A DNA stretch of 64,000 nt from Candidatus Iainarchaeum sp. (GCA_043803765.1 JAZDJQ010000012.1:96001-160000), one strand, 5' to 3'. Counted from the first letter of the stretch, positions 30,367-39,801 are shown. Numbers and translations are program-made. Notes: generated from the sequence alone by a model not told the origin.

Positions 30367-32109
30367 ATGTACATACTTGGAGTTTCTGCATTTTATCATG
30401 ATTCGGCTGCCTGCCTGATTAAAGACGGTGAGATTGTCGCCGCCGCTCAAGAAGAACGTTTCACGAGAAAAAAACACGATAACTCATTCCCAAAAAACGC
30501 AATTGCATATTGCCTCCGGCAGGCAGGCATTTCTCCCAAGGAGGTGAATAAAATTAGTTTTTATGAAAAACCTTATGTCAAATTTGAACGCCTTCTCTAT
30601 CAATTTATTGAAACCTATCCAAAATCTTTCTCCACATTCATTGAAACCATCCCTATTTGGCTGAATGAACGGTTAAATGTACCCCAGCATTTTGAAAAAG
30701 AAGGTTTTCGTGCACCCATTCAATATGTGAGTCATCATCTTTCGCATGCAGCAGCCAGTTATTACACTTCCAAATTTGATAATGCGGCCATTCTCACTAT
30801 GGATGGTGTAGGAGAATGGGCTACCACCACGATGGGTTTTGCAGAAGGAAATAATATCACACTCACCCATGAAATCCATTTTCCCCATTCGCTGGGATTG
30901 TTATATAGTGCCATTACTGCATATCTTGGTTTTTCAGTGAATAATTCCGAATACAAAGTCATGGGCTTAGCCCCTTATGGAAAACCCAAATATAAGAGTG
31001 AATTTGACAAGCTCGTTCATGTGTATCCGGATGGCAGTTTCTCCCTCGATATGGATTATTTTGCCTTTACGTATGAAAAAAAAATGAATTCAAAAAAAAT
31101 GGAGGAATTATTCAACCATCCCGCTCGAAAAAAAGAATCCGAAGTCACCCAATTCCACAAAGATGTGGCAGCCTCTCTCCAAACCAAAACTGAAGAAATC
31201 GTCATCAAGTTATGCAATGAATTATTTCATCAGACTAAAAAAGAAAATATTTGTTTGGGCGGGGGCGTGGCGCTAAATTCGGTTATTAATGGAAAAATTT
31301 TGACGCAAACGCCTTTCAAAAAAATATGCATCCAGCCCGCAGCAGGAGATGCCGGCAGCGCTATGGGCGCCGCGCTGCATGTATGGCACCATTATTCTCC
31401 TCAGTCCCTGCGCCTTCCTTTCTCACACGCTTTCTGGGGACCGGGTTTCTCACAGGAAGAAGTAAAAAAATTTCTGGACCAGAAAAAAATAAATTATTCC
31501 ATGCTCAAAAATACACGGGAAATTGCTTCGCATACCGCTAAATTGATTCACGAAGGAAATATTGTGGGTTTTTTCCAAGGGAGAATGGAATGGGGCCCCC
31601 GCGCATTAGGGGCGCGAAGTATTTTGGCCAATCCTACAGACCCAAATATTAAAGATATATTGAACCAGAAAGTCAAGCACCGTGAACATTTTCGGCCGTT
31701 TGCACCGGTGATTCCTGTAGAGGATGCAAAAAATTGGTTTGATTGTGATTTGCCTCTCCCTGAGCCCGCTGATTACATGCTTATGGTGTACCCTGTCAAA
31801 AAATCCAAGCGCGAAAAAATTTTGGGAGTAGTCCACGTGGACGGCTCTGGAAGGTTACAAACCATTCGCAAAAACCAACACGCATTGTATTATCAGACCA
31901 TCCGCGAATTCGAAAAATTATCGGGGGTGCCGATTCTCATTAATACTTCTTTCAATATCCGTGGTGAACCCATTGTGTGCACTCCTGAGGATGCCTATCG
32001 CTGCATGATGGGAACAGGCATTGATTATTTGATGATTGAAAACTTCCTCGTGGCACGAAAAGACAACCTTCAAGATGCTTGGGATAGTGAAAAACTAGCA
32101 AATGATTAA
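30367..32109 (+). CDS. Carbamoyltransferase (NodU/CmcH/TobZ family)
   Basis: FYHDSAA, EERFTRKKH, HHLSHAA, DGVGE, EYKVMGLAPYG, GPRALGARS, FRPFAP, NTSFN. Confidence 0.95.
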   Translation: MYILGVSAFYHDSAACLIKDGEIVAAAQEERFTRKKHDNSFPKNAIAYCLRQAGISPKEVNKISFYEKPYVKFERLLYQFIETYPKSFSTFIETIPIWLNERLNVPQHFEKEGFRAPIQYVSHHLSHAAASYYTSKFDNAAILTMDGVGEWATTTMGFAEGNNITLTHEIHFPHSLGLLYSAITAYLGFSVNNSEYKVMGLAPYGKPKYKSEFDKLVHVYPDGSFSLDMDYFAFTYEKKMNSKKMEELFNHPARKKESEVTQFHKDVAASLQTKTEEIVIKLCNELFHQTKKENICLGGGVALNSVINGKILTQTPFKKICIQPAAGDAGSAMGAALHVWHHYSPQSLRLPFSHAFWGPGFSQEEVKKFLDQKKINYSMLKNTREIASHTAKLIHEGNIVGFFQGRMEWGPRALGARSILANPTDPNIKDILNQKVKHREHFRPFAPVIPVEDAKNWFDCDLPLPEPADYMLMVYPVKKSKREKILGVVHVDGSGRLQTIRKNQHALYYQTIREFEKLSGVPILINTSFNIRGEPIVCTPEDAYRCMMGTGIDYLMIENFLVARKDNLQDAWDSEKLAND

Positions 32110-32205
32110 CTATCAAATACGGAGATTCCTTCTCTTGGAAAAAAAGTTGACAGATTAAAAATCCAAAAGCCACCCATTATAAAATTATAGATTTTTATAG
32201 GGTTT

Positions 32206-33306
32206 ATGCGCTCATCTGAGTATCCTACTCTTGTCATGGTAGTGCTTTTTTCATTTATTATTGGATTGTTTCTCGCCGAAGGACTGTTGATCGTTCTCAA
32301 CATAGAACCTGCTCCCAATTTACTTTGCACATATATATCGGATGAAACACGCGGTCACGCATTATACCCAAATCTTTCCGGTCATTTTGTTTATGAACCT
32401 GAAATCGACATGAACTTCACTATCAATAAATTAGGTATGCGCGGAAGTGAACCAGACGAAAAACTAAAAAAAATATTTTTGGCAGGAGATTCCGTTTCTT
32501 TCGGATACAGTGTGGATCAAAATGAATCGTTTGCCGCAAAAACAAATCAAGAAATAAAGAAATTCGGATATGAACTGCTCAACTTGGGAACCCCCGGTTA
32601 TGGTTTGACACAATCACTTATTACCATTAAAAAAAATCTTGTGTTTAATAATCCCGAAATTGTAGTATTGGAAATAACTACTCCGAATGATTGGTCGGAT
32701 GATTATACCTTCACCACTGTTGGACCTACTAACTGGGTGGATGAACAGCACTGTATGGTCAGCAAGCGCCCTGCTGGAGTCATTACCACAATCAAATCAA
32801 TCGCTTACCGGAATTCAAGGCTGGCGCGGCTTATTAACAAAAACTTTCGCCAGGAAAATCTGATAGAATCCAACAATGTGATATCTGACAGCCTGTTGAA
32901 AGACCCAACCCAAATTGTGGTTCAGGCAAGACAGATACAACGCCAGCGTCTGAACGAATTTCGCGAGTTACAATCGCAATATCATTTCAAATCACTCATC
33001 TTGCTTATTCCAAGTCGTATTGAAACCGATGAGGTTTTTTTTAATCAGACCATCCAGAATACTCGCCCGGCCAATGAATACAATCGTCGAGAACAGATTG
33101 AATTTTATCTTGGGATTTGCAAGGAGATGGGTTTTGAATGCATTGACATGGGAAAGGCATTTGAGGAAGAATACCAATCCGAATCCGCATCAACCGAATA
33201 TTATAACCATAAAATTGACCATCATCCCAACAAAAAAGGAAACCTGTTCATTGCCGAAACACTGATACCGGAAATTGTCCAAAAAATTCAAGAAGATACA
33301 AATTAG
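32206..33306 (+). CDS. Membrane-anchored SGNH/GDSL hydrolase-like protein
   Basis: N-terminal TM, INKLGMR, GDSVSFG, NLGTPGYG, DHHPNKKGN. Confidence 0.82.
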   Translation: MRSSEYPTLVMVVLFSFIIGLFLAEGLLIVLNIEPAPNLLCTYISDETRGHALYPNLSGHFVYEPEIDMNFTINKLGMRGSEPDEKLKKIFLAGDSVSFGYSVDQNESFAAKTNQEIKKFGYELLNLGTPGYGLTQSLITIKKNLVFNNPEIVVLEITTPNDWSDDYTFTTVGPTNWVDEQHCMVSKRPAGVITTIKSIAYRNSRLARLINKNFRQENLIESNNVISDSLLKDPTQIVVQARQIQRQRLNEFRELQSQYHFKSLILLIPSRIETDEVFFNQTIQNTRPANEYNRREQIEFYLGICKEMGFECIDMGKAFEEEYQSESASTEYYNHKIDHHPNKKGNLFIAETLIPEIVQKIQEDTN

Positions 33307-33360
33307 AATGGTTCATTTCTCAATAGCGTCATGCGTCATTCGTCAATAGCATAAAAGAGA

Positions 33361-33400
33361 TAGTCCCGCCTCCCGGACTCGCACACGGGTATCTTCCGGC
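33361..33400 (-). repeat. tRNA-Tyr 3'-half fragment B (att-like site)
   Basis: tagtcccgcctcccggactcgcacacgggtatcttccggc aligns with the tRNA up to the anticodon stem. Confidence 0.88.
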
Positions 33401-33503
33401 TTTATTCAAAGGTTCGGCTGTGGCCTCACAATTAGTGAAGTTAGTGCACATAGTGAATAATGGGATAGGCAAGCTCTTTATATGAAAATAATGCAATAGG
33501 GCT

Positions 33504-34130
33504 ATGTTTGAAAAATATCGCCCATTTTTACTGGGAGTTTCTCATTCTAAGGAAATGCTGTGGGATGTTTTTCAAGAGATTGACAAGGTAAAGCCAAAAT
33601 CAATTGGAATAGAAGAATCAAAATGGTCTGTTGAGAACTGGAGACAAATTGGGTTGAACCCCCACCACGCTGGATTTTGGCGAGTATTGATTAGAGAGTG
33701 TAGAGCGCGAGGTATTGAAATAACGTACCTTACTCCTGATAGAGTTGCCCAACAAAATATCCGAGAACAACTTCGGTTGAAAAAACTGGGAATTACCGCA
33801 CAAAAGGTTCTTGAAAATCCACAAGGGCACACAGAAGGAAAGGAACTGTTACGACATATGCGCGATAAAACTACGGATGTCGTTGAAATGACTGCTCGGA
33901 AAAGACGTCCACAGATGCTTGTTTTGGGCTTATTTCATTCTGCTATTTTACGAAAAAACTTGGGCATTCCAAAAGCTCGATTTAGTGTCCATGTAGTCCC
34001 TTCGCCACGTGCGATAAGAGAGATGGGTGTTCGCGTTCCAAGAAGAAAATTAGAAGCGAGAAAAAAACAATTAATTGAAGGAATGCTTTTTCATGTCAAA
34101 GGATACCGAAGAGCCGCTCGAAAAAGATAG
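33504..34130 (+). CDS. Hypothetical basic protein (single-gene cassette)
   Basis: 208 aa ORF with TATA-like tttatat about 25 nt upstream; fills the space between fragments B and C. Confidence 0.7.
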   Translation: MFEKYRPFLLGVSHSKEMLWDVFQEIDKVKPKSIGIEESKWSVENWRQIGLNPHHAGFWRVLIRECRARGIEITYLTPDRVAQQNIREQLRLKKLGITAQKVLENPQGHTEGKELLRHMRDKTTDVVEMTARKRRPQMLVLGLFHSAILRKNLGIPKARFSVHVVPSPRAIREMGVRVPRRKLEARKKQLIEGMLFHVKGYRRAARKR

Positions 34131-34142
34131 AATTATTCTCAA

Positions 34143-34215
34143 TCCGGTCGTCGGGACGAAAGCGAAGCTTGAGTGTGTGAATGGATTAGTCCCGCCTCCC
34201 GGACTCGCAACCGGG
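34143..34215 (-). repeat. tRNA-Tyr 3'-end fragment C plus conserved trailer with inverted repeat
   Basis: tccggtcgtcgggacgaaagcgaagcttgagtgtgtgaatggattagtcccgcctcccggact, near-identical to 39755-39817. Confidence 0.92.
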
Positions 34216-34222
34216 CTTTTAC

Positions 34223-34546
34223 TCACTTTCTCACCGGCGGGTTCGATTCGGCAATGAGGTCTATGCTGGCGAGTACTATCATCTTTTCCAAAAACTTCTC
34301 ATGCTCTTTCAGAATGACGTCTCCATTTGGAAGTTTTGTGATTTCGGCCATCGCACGGTCTCGACATGGCTTACTTTCCCAATCTGCAATAGCATACAAA
34401 ATGGATGGATTCTCCAAACTGCGGAACAGTTTTGTTCCCCTTGCACCCGGGTAAGTTTGAATAATGTCACTCCCCCACTGCCACTGCCGGATAAAGTCGG
34501 TTTCCTTGCCAGGAATGGGATGGTGCTCAAAAATAACGCGATACAT
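34223..34546 (-). CDS. Antibiotic biosynthesis monooxygenase (ABM)-fold protein
   Basis: PGKETDF..W...YPGARGTKLFR..YAIADWES pattern. Confidence 0.72.
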   Translation of the reverse strand: MYRVIFEHHPIPGKETDFIRQWQWGSDIIQTYPGARGTKLFRSLENPSILYAIADWESKPCRDRAMAEITKLPNGDVILKEHEKFLEKMIVLASIDLIAESNPPVRK

Positions 34547-34562
34547 AGGTTCCTTCGCTTAA

Positions 34563-34787
34563 CTAAGCCATTTTCATAAACTCGTCTCGCTCCATCTTGA
34601 GTTCGAACTTAATGATTTTGTTTAACAATCCAGGCGGAATGGGCTTGTTCGAATGAAAGGCAACTGTTAGAATTCGCCCATCCAAATGTTCAAATGTTTT
34701 GTGTGACCCTTTTTGTCGCACTTCCAAAAAACCAAGTTTGTGCAGAATTTTGATTAAGTCTTGGGGATACAGAACGGATAATTTCAT
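34563..34787 (-). CDS. hicA: HicA mRNA interferase toxin
   Basis: LGFLEVRQKGSHKTF..H...PPGLLNKI. Confidence 0.9.
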   Translation of the reverse strand: MKLSVLYPQDLIKILHKLGFLEVRQKGSHKTFEHLDGRILTVAFHSNKPIPPGLLNKIIKFELKMERDEFMKMA

Positions 34788-34801
34788 TTGAAATCACCTA
34801 T

Positions 34802-35035
34802 TTACACAACCACTTTAACCATTCCAATAACCGATTCAACATCCACTTTGACTTTCTTTTTGACAAGCGTTTCTAAGTGCAAGGAAATTGCTTCCTTCAT
34901 ATTTTCTAACAATTCTTCAACAGTATCCGCATAGGAATAGCAACCGGGCAAAGCAGGGACTGAACCATAGTATTGTCCAGTTTCTGCATCTTTTTCGATA
35001 ACCACATCGTAAGGTCTTGTCATAATACTACCCAT
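34802..35035 (-). CDS. hicB: HicB antitoxin
   Basis: YYGSVPALPGCYSYADTVEELLENMKEAI. Confidence 0.9.
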   Translation of the reverse strand: MGSIMTRPYDVVIEKDAETGQYYGSVPALPGCYSYADTVEELLENMKEAISLHLETLVKKKVKVDVESVIGMVKVVV

Positions 35036-35088
35036 ACTACTATGAGAATAAAACCTTGCTTCCAGTAAACCGCCAAAAAGTGCTATTC

Positions 35089-35155
35089 ATCCATTCGGCG
35101 GGACGATTCATAAGCCTCAGGTGGTGATGGATTAGTCCCGCCTCCCGGGACTTCA
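35089..35155 (-). repeat. tRNA-Tyr 3'-end fragment D plus inverted-repeat trailer
   Basis: ggcgggac-N30-gtcccgcc tcccgggacttca. Confidence 0.88.
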
Positions 35156-35278
35156 ATGGAAAATATTCAGTATTATTCTTTTCCTCGCCTAAAATATGTG
35201 CAGTGTACATCGTCCGCCGAATTTGACTGATGATCCCATCCATATATCTCTTTTATACCCAGAAACAATTGATTGGCC

Positions 35279-36028
35279 ATGGATTGGGTATTATTGTTCA
35301 TTGTTTTTCTAGTGGGACTCGGAACAACTTTCATCGGCGCGATTAGTGGGGGAGGGGGGCTTCTCATGCGACCCATTCTAATTTTTTTAGGTGTGCCCAC
35401 CATCACTCTGATCGGCACTCCACGCGTGGCAGGAATATTGGGCGATTGGCCTGGATTGTTTTTGTTTCACAAGCATAAAAAAATCGATTGGAATCTGGCC
35501 ATATTCCTGACCATCCCTAACTTGATTGGAACCATCATCGCGGGGATGGTAGTCATAAGCTTGCCGACAGAGGCATTGGAATTATTTTTAGGAATACTGC
35601 TCATCGTCTCGGGAGTGGTATTTTCGTTCAATAAAAATTTCGGATTGCTTGAACAAAAATCTCCCTTTTCCAAAATTGGACAAAACATCCTCGGATTTAT
35701 CGGGACGAATGTCATATCCTTCGTTGGAACCATTACCGGTGGACTTGGCACACTCTACATCTCGTTCTACACGTTGATTTATGGTAAAAATTACATCAAC
35801 GCGGCTGGGTTGTGGCGCATCTCTTCCTATTTCGGAGGATTGGGCAGTTCGGTGGTATTTATCTGGAGTGGAATTGTCGACTGGCAACTCTGTCTGGTGC
35901 TGAGTGCAGGATTTTTGATCGGCTCCTATTTTGGGACGATTTACGGATTAAAAAAAGGGGTCGCGCGGGTCCGCTACCTTGTGATAGCACTCGCATTTGG
36001 CGCTGGAATAAAACTAATCCTATTTTAG
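35279..36028 (+). CDS. Sulfite exporter TauE/SafE family protein
   Basis: ISGGGGLLMRPILIFLGVP motif, multiple TM helices. Confidence 0.85.
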   Translation: MDWVLLFIVFLVGLGTTFIGAISGGGGLLMRPILIFLGVPTITLIGTPRVAGILGDWPGLFLFHKHKKIDWNLAIFLTIPNLIGTIIAGMVVISLPTEALELFLGILLIVSGVVFSFNKNFGLLEQKSPFSKIGQNILGFIGTNVISFVGTITGGLGTLYISFYTLIYGKNYINAAGLWRISSYFGGLGSSVVFIWSGIVDWQLCLVLSAGFLIGSYFGTIYGLKKGVARVRYLVIALAFGAGIKLILF

Positions 36029-36057
36029 GGAAAACGCCCAACCATAGATCAACGTAT

Positions 36058-36138
36058 ATTCATCTCCCAAACCAGCACGCGAGGATTCTTTGTTCGAGGC
36101 CTCGCCTGAGGGCTCGCTGACGTTAGTGTAGTTAGTGC
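36058..36138 (-). repeat. Degenerate tRNA-Tyr fragment G plus cassette-end motif
   Basis: Reverse complement aagaatcctcgcgtgctggtttgggag resembles tRNA aagatccccggtgcaagtccgggag; adjacent cgaggcctcgcctgagggctcg matches 39271, ttagtgtagttagtgc matches 33432. Confidence 0.55.
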
Positions 36139-36159
36139 TGTTCAACGAATGCATCTGTC

Positions 36160-36513
36160 TTACCTTTTCTTTATCTTGAACCGTTTATCATAATCGGGGT
36201 GCGACTCAATAACTAACACGAAGCAAATGACTTCGATTTCTTGGCGGCGAATGGTAAAAAGCATTCGCCAGTATTGAGCGAGTCGAATTTTGAATAGATT
36301 ATCTACATCCAATTCTTTTGGAATATCTTTTTTGGAGACTACTTCTCCGCGCAGAGGGTCTTCTTTCAACCATTCAATCTTTTCATTAATCGAACGCCAG
36401 AGGGTTTGATTTTCTGAACTCTTGATTCCTTTAGATTCTTCTTCAGTTACAAGTTTCTTCAGGCGTTCGTACTCTTCGAGAGCCTGACCAGTAAGGCGGA
36501 CGCGTGCTTTCAT
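36160..36513 (-). CDS. RelE/ParE-like toxin
   Basis: NLFKIRLAQYWRMLFTI..HPDYDKRF; overlaps the antitoxin stop (ATGA). Confidence 0.7.
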   Translation of the reverse strand: MKARVRLTGQALEEYERLKKLVTEEESKGIKSSENQTLWRSINEKIEWLKEDPLRGEVVSKKDIPKELDVDNLFKIRLAQYWRMLFTIRRQEIEVICFVLVIESHPDYDKRFKIKKR

Positions 36514-36764
36514 ACTTCCACGCTCGCATCCATCAATCGCTTCATTTTGTCTTTCGGAACATACACCCAAATAATGCCTTTGGGAGTGTCTAAAATCATA
36601 AAGCGCTTCTCCAAGTAATCTAAAATAACATCAAGAGTTGGGCGCATAATACGATTACCCGCTCGCTTTAGCAATTCATAACGGGAAAGAGGCTCTTTCG
36701 CCTCTTTGAGAATCTCTTCGACTAAAAGAACGGTTTTGAGAGTAGGGTAGTGTAGGACCTGCAT
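36510..36764 (-). CDS. Winged-HTH antitoxin-like protein
   Basis: HYPTLKTVLLVEEIL..TLDVILDYLE..IIW; coupled to the toxin. Confidence 0.7.
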   Translation of the reverse strand: MQVLHYPTLKTVLLVEEILKEAKEPLSRYELLKRAGNRIMRPTLDVILDYLEKRFMILDTPKGIIWVYVPKDKMKRLMDASVEV

Positions 36765-36837
36765 AAACGTCACCAACTACACTACGATAGACATATAACG
36801 CATATAAAGATATACCCTTAAACTCGCATTTCCAGTA

Positions 36838-37509
36838 TTACTTTATTGCCTTTAGCATTTCCACTGCACGTTTAGGGTCTCCCCTTCCTACTGGGAAATA
36901 ACACGGGACCACATTGGTTTGATGATTGCCCACTTTTAATGGATAAGTTGCTAGTTTGCGTGATTGAACGAATTTATCATAATAGTCCTGTAACCTGATT
37001 GTTTCTTGTGTGAGAAATGTAAATGGAATCAGCCCAAATGTGACAATGGTTTTGGGTTGAACTATCTCAATCTCCCTTCTCAAAATAGGTAGAAATAACT
37101 TAACTTTCTGTGCATCTGGCAATGTGGCGTCAGCTCCTGTCCATTTTACAATGTTAGTAAAGTAAAACGATTTTGAATCCAAGAAAGACCTAACTTTTTC
37201 AGTAAATTCCAATGACCAATTAGGTTCTTTCTCAATTTGTTTCATCAGTTCGTCGTCAAATAATTCTGCACGATTAAAAATTCGCCAGACGGGCTTGGTT
37301 CCAATAAAAGGAAAACGAGGACCTTTCCATAAAGGACTTGAGCTAATATTATGGTGCGTTGGATTAATGAAAACAAACATGTAATTCGGACTCTCAACAT
37401 GGCCGTTTCCTACAATGGGCATCAACCGATTTTCTGGAAAAAACGGTGTATGTGTGTCATTCACTATTTTCCATAAATCGTCTAACGAATGGCAATCTTC
37501 AGGACTCAT
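36838..37509 (-). CDS. Uracil-DNA glycosylase superfamily protein (atypical)
   Basis: FYFTNIVKW, LRREIEIVQPKTIVTFG, PCYFPVGRG. Confidence 0.75.
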   Translation of the reverse strand: MSPEDCHSLDDLWKIVNDTHTPFFPENRLMPIVGNGHVESPNYMFVFINPTHHNISSSPLWKGPRFPFIGTKPVWRIFNRAELFDDELMKQIEKEPNWSLEFTEKVRSFLDSKSFYFTNIVKWTGADATLPDAQKVKLFLPILRREIEIVQPKTIVTFGLIPFTFLTQETIRLQDYYDKFVQSRKLATYPLKVGNHQTNVVPCYFPVGRGDPKRAVEMLKAIK

Positions 37510-37537
37510 AGGATACAAACCGTTCTTTGATATTTAA

Positions 37538-37603
37538 TCCGTCCGGCGGGACAAGTCTGAAGTGTGAAAGTTTGAGGTAATAGTCCCGCCTCCCGGTCCT
37601 GCA
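37538..37603 (-). repeat. tRNA-Tyr 3'-end fragment E plus inverted-repeat trailer
   Basis: ggcgggac-N30-gtcccgcc tcccggtcctgca. Confidence 0.88.
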
Positions 37604-37612
37604 GTTATTTCT

Positions 37613-38587
37613 CTATTCAATGGATTCACCCAGCTTTTTGACAATAATCTCTTTATTTTCCTCAATAATTTGATGAATTTCTTTTCCACGATTCTCAAGG
37701 CACAAGTAAATGAATTTGGAGAACTTTGCATACTCTTTGGAAAGCTGAACCCGTTCAAGCAATGTAATGTAGCTCGCGCGATTGGAAAGGTTCACAATCG
37801 CACGTGGAAAACCTTTTTTTTGGAGCATTCGATTGAGGATTTCCCTTCCTGTGCGTCCATTTCCATCCTCAAACGGGTGAATAAACTCAAAGCGGGCGTG
37901 AAATTCGGATGCTAATTCAAGCGGGTGCACTCTTTCGCTATTTTTCTCCATCCAATCTAACAATTTTTTTATTCCGCTTTCGACTTTATCAGCTGGAACT
38001 GGCCTTACTTTTGATGCAGTAATGAACATCGGCCCTGTTCGATACTTTCCAGGATGTTTCTCCGGAAATCCATCTAAAATAGCCGCATTGATTTTTTTGA
38101 TGTTACGTTCATTGATTTCATTAATTTTCTTGGAAACCATTGCCGCTTTTTTCATATTTTCAATTTCTCTTATCTCATCTACTTTCTTTCCGGCAACGGA
38201 AGCCCCTTTCGTCAAAACTAACAGTGCTTCCTGCAAACTGAGCGAGTTTCCTTCCACAGAAGCACTTCCCTGTGCGTAACGCACGAATTCGTCTTCTTTA
38301 AATGATTCAAATCCGCTGGGAAAAAAATCCTCTAGGATAGAATAGTCTACTTTCAGTCGTTCCAAAGATAGAATTTCAGGAAAAGAGAGGATGTGCGACC
38401 GAAACTGTTCATGTGTTTGCTTAGCCCGTTCCAGTGCCTTCTTTTGAATGAACGTTTCAAGTCCTTCTTTCATTCTTCCGAAAGCCAGCCCCTTGTTTCC
38501 AAGAAGGACACTTATCCTCTTCTTTTCTACTCGGTCTTCTAAATAGAAGTAAGCCGTCCCCTTGATTGTGCGCTTTGAAATGAACAT
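37613..38587 (-). CDS. Fic domain protein
   Basis: HPFEDGNGRTGR catalytic motif; SASVEGN inhibitory helix. Confidence 0.92.
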   Translation of the reverse strand: MFISKRTIKGTAYFYLEDRVEKKRISVLLGNKGLAFGRMKEGLETFIQKKALERAKQTHEQFRSHILSFPEILSLERLKVDYSILEDFFPSGFESFKEDEFVRYAQGSASVEGNSLSLQEALLVLTKGASVAGKKVDEIREIENMKKAAMVSKKINEINERNIKKINAAILDGFPEKHPGKYRTGPMFITASKVRPVPADKVESGIKKLLDWMEKNSERVHPLELASEFHARFEFIHPFEDGNGRTGREILNRMLQKKGFPRAIVNLSNRASYITLLERVQLSKEYAKFSKFIYLCLENRGKEIHQIIEENKEIIVKKLGESIE

Positions 38588-38652
38588 AGAACAAGTTAAC
38601 ACCAAAAAGGTTAAAAAATGGTATTTTTAGTAAATATGGTGTTAACCCACAA

Positions 38653-38802
38653 TTAGTTTTCCAAACCTAATTTGACGCCCTCTCTGATAATACCATAAAC
38701 GTGCCAAATATCACAGACTCCACAGGACGGAAAATAATCCGGGCAACGTTTTCCCCAGTATTTTCGAATATGTTTATTCAATTCAAGCAGAACTTTCTTC
38801 AT
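38653..38802 (-). CDS. Small Cys-containing hypothetical protein
   Basis: MKKVLLELNKHIRKYWGKRCPDYFPSCGVC; overlaps the upstream ORF. Confidence 0.5.
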   Translation of the reverse strand: MKKVLLELNKHIRKYWGKRCPDYFPSCGVCDIWHVYGIIREGVKLGLEN

Positions 38803-39097
38803 CTTCCTTAACTCCCTCGTCGAAGCACTTGTTGCATTCCCAATACTCAACCTTTCTCACCTTCCCAGTCCACCTGACTACATTGTGGCTTTTTCCACCC
38901 ATTCGAAAAGTTCCAACTTTCACATGCTCACCCGTTCCCTCAATGGGAAATTTTAGTTTACTAAAGAAATGTCCTTTATCATAATGACCTGATTTTGTTA
39001 GTCGAACCCACATCCACTTTCCACAAATCAAACATTTACGACGAATTTTTCGGACAAATTTAGCATTCTCGCGCGCATGAAAATGTTTTTCAGACAC
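38783..39097 (-). CDS. Zn-ribbon-like hypothetical protein
   Basis: CLICGK ... YWECNKC. Confidence 0.55.
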   Translation of the reverse strand: MSEKHFHARENAKFVRKIRRKCLICGKWMWVRLTKSGHYDKGHFFSKLKFPIEGTGEHVKVGTFRMGGKSHNVVRWTGKVRKVEYWECNKCFDEGVKEDEESSA

Positions 39098-39181
39098 CTT
39101 TTAAAAAGACCCCATTCAAAATAAAATCATATGCAAATTAATACACTATAGACGAATACCAGTTCGACAGTTAGACGGTTA

Positions 39182-39238
39182 TTATACTTCCACGCTTCCA
39201 TGGATCAGCTTCTTCATCTTATCGTTCGGAGCATACAA
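39182..39238 (-). pseudogene. Remnant 3' end of an antitoxin paralogous to 36510..36764
   Basis: Translates LYAPNDKMKKLIHGSVEV* vs VYVPKDKMKRLMDASVEV*; cut off at fragment F. Confidence 0.65.
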
Positions 39239-39294
39239 CCTCCTGATACTCGCAACCGGGAAATTATATCCGAAGCCTCGTCTGCGGACTCGGA
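39238..39294 (-). repeat. Degenerate tRNA-Tyr fragment F plus cassette-end motif
   Basis: cctcctgatactcgcaaccggg vs fragment C cctcccggactcgcaaccggg; then cgaagcctcgtctgcggactcg. Confidence 0.6.
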
Positions 39295-39300
39295 GGGCAT

Positions 39301-39723
39301 TTAATTATCCATCTTAAGCGCTTTAAGTTCAGTTTCAAGTTTTTTTACAAGGTCATTTAAGTCAGTATATTGGATGATTTTGTGTAAATTAGGAATACCC
39401 AAAACCATAGTTGATTTTGATAAATCAACAGTGTCTTTGGCAATGAGAATGAGTGGAATATCATTTTCGTATCCCATTTGAAGTTCCATTCCAACACCAT
39501 GAGAAGGACTACTTACTTCGGCGATAAATAAGTCGCATTTTGTAATGGTGTCAATTGTTCGCGTGTAAAACTGTTTTGGAGTTTCTTTTGAATCCCAAAA
39601 ATCGGGATAAGTACCTATAACTTTGTCATAGTATTTGCTACAAAGTTTAGCTATTCTTTTGTAAATAGGGAGATAATCCTGCCCAAAAAGAAAGATTGGT
39701 CCGAACACGTAAACGCTCGTCAT
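39301..39723 (-). CDS. Nucleoside 2-deoxyribosyltransferase / DNPH1(RCL)-like N-glycosidase
   Basis: VYVFGPI, CDLFIAEVSSPSHGVGMEL, STMVLG. Confidence 0.82.
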   Translation of the reverse strand: MTSVYVFGPIFLFGQDYLPIYKRIAKLCSKYYDKVIGTYPDFWDSKETPKQFYTRTIDTITKCDLFIAEVSSPSHGVGMELQMGYENDIPLILIAKDTVDLSKSTMVLGIPNLHKIIQYTDLNDLVKKLETELKALKMDN

Positions 39724-39801
39724 AGTACTGCCACCTCAACCATGTATTTAACTGTCCGGTCGTCGGGACGAAAGCGAAGCTTGAGTCGGTGAATGGATTA
39801 G

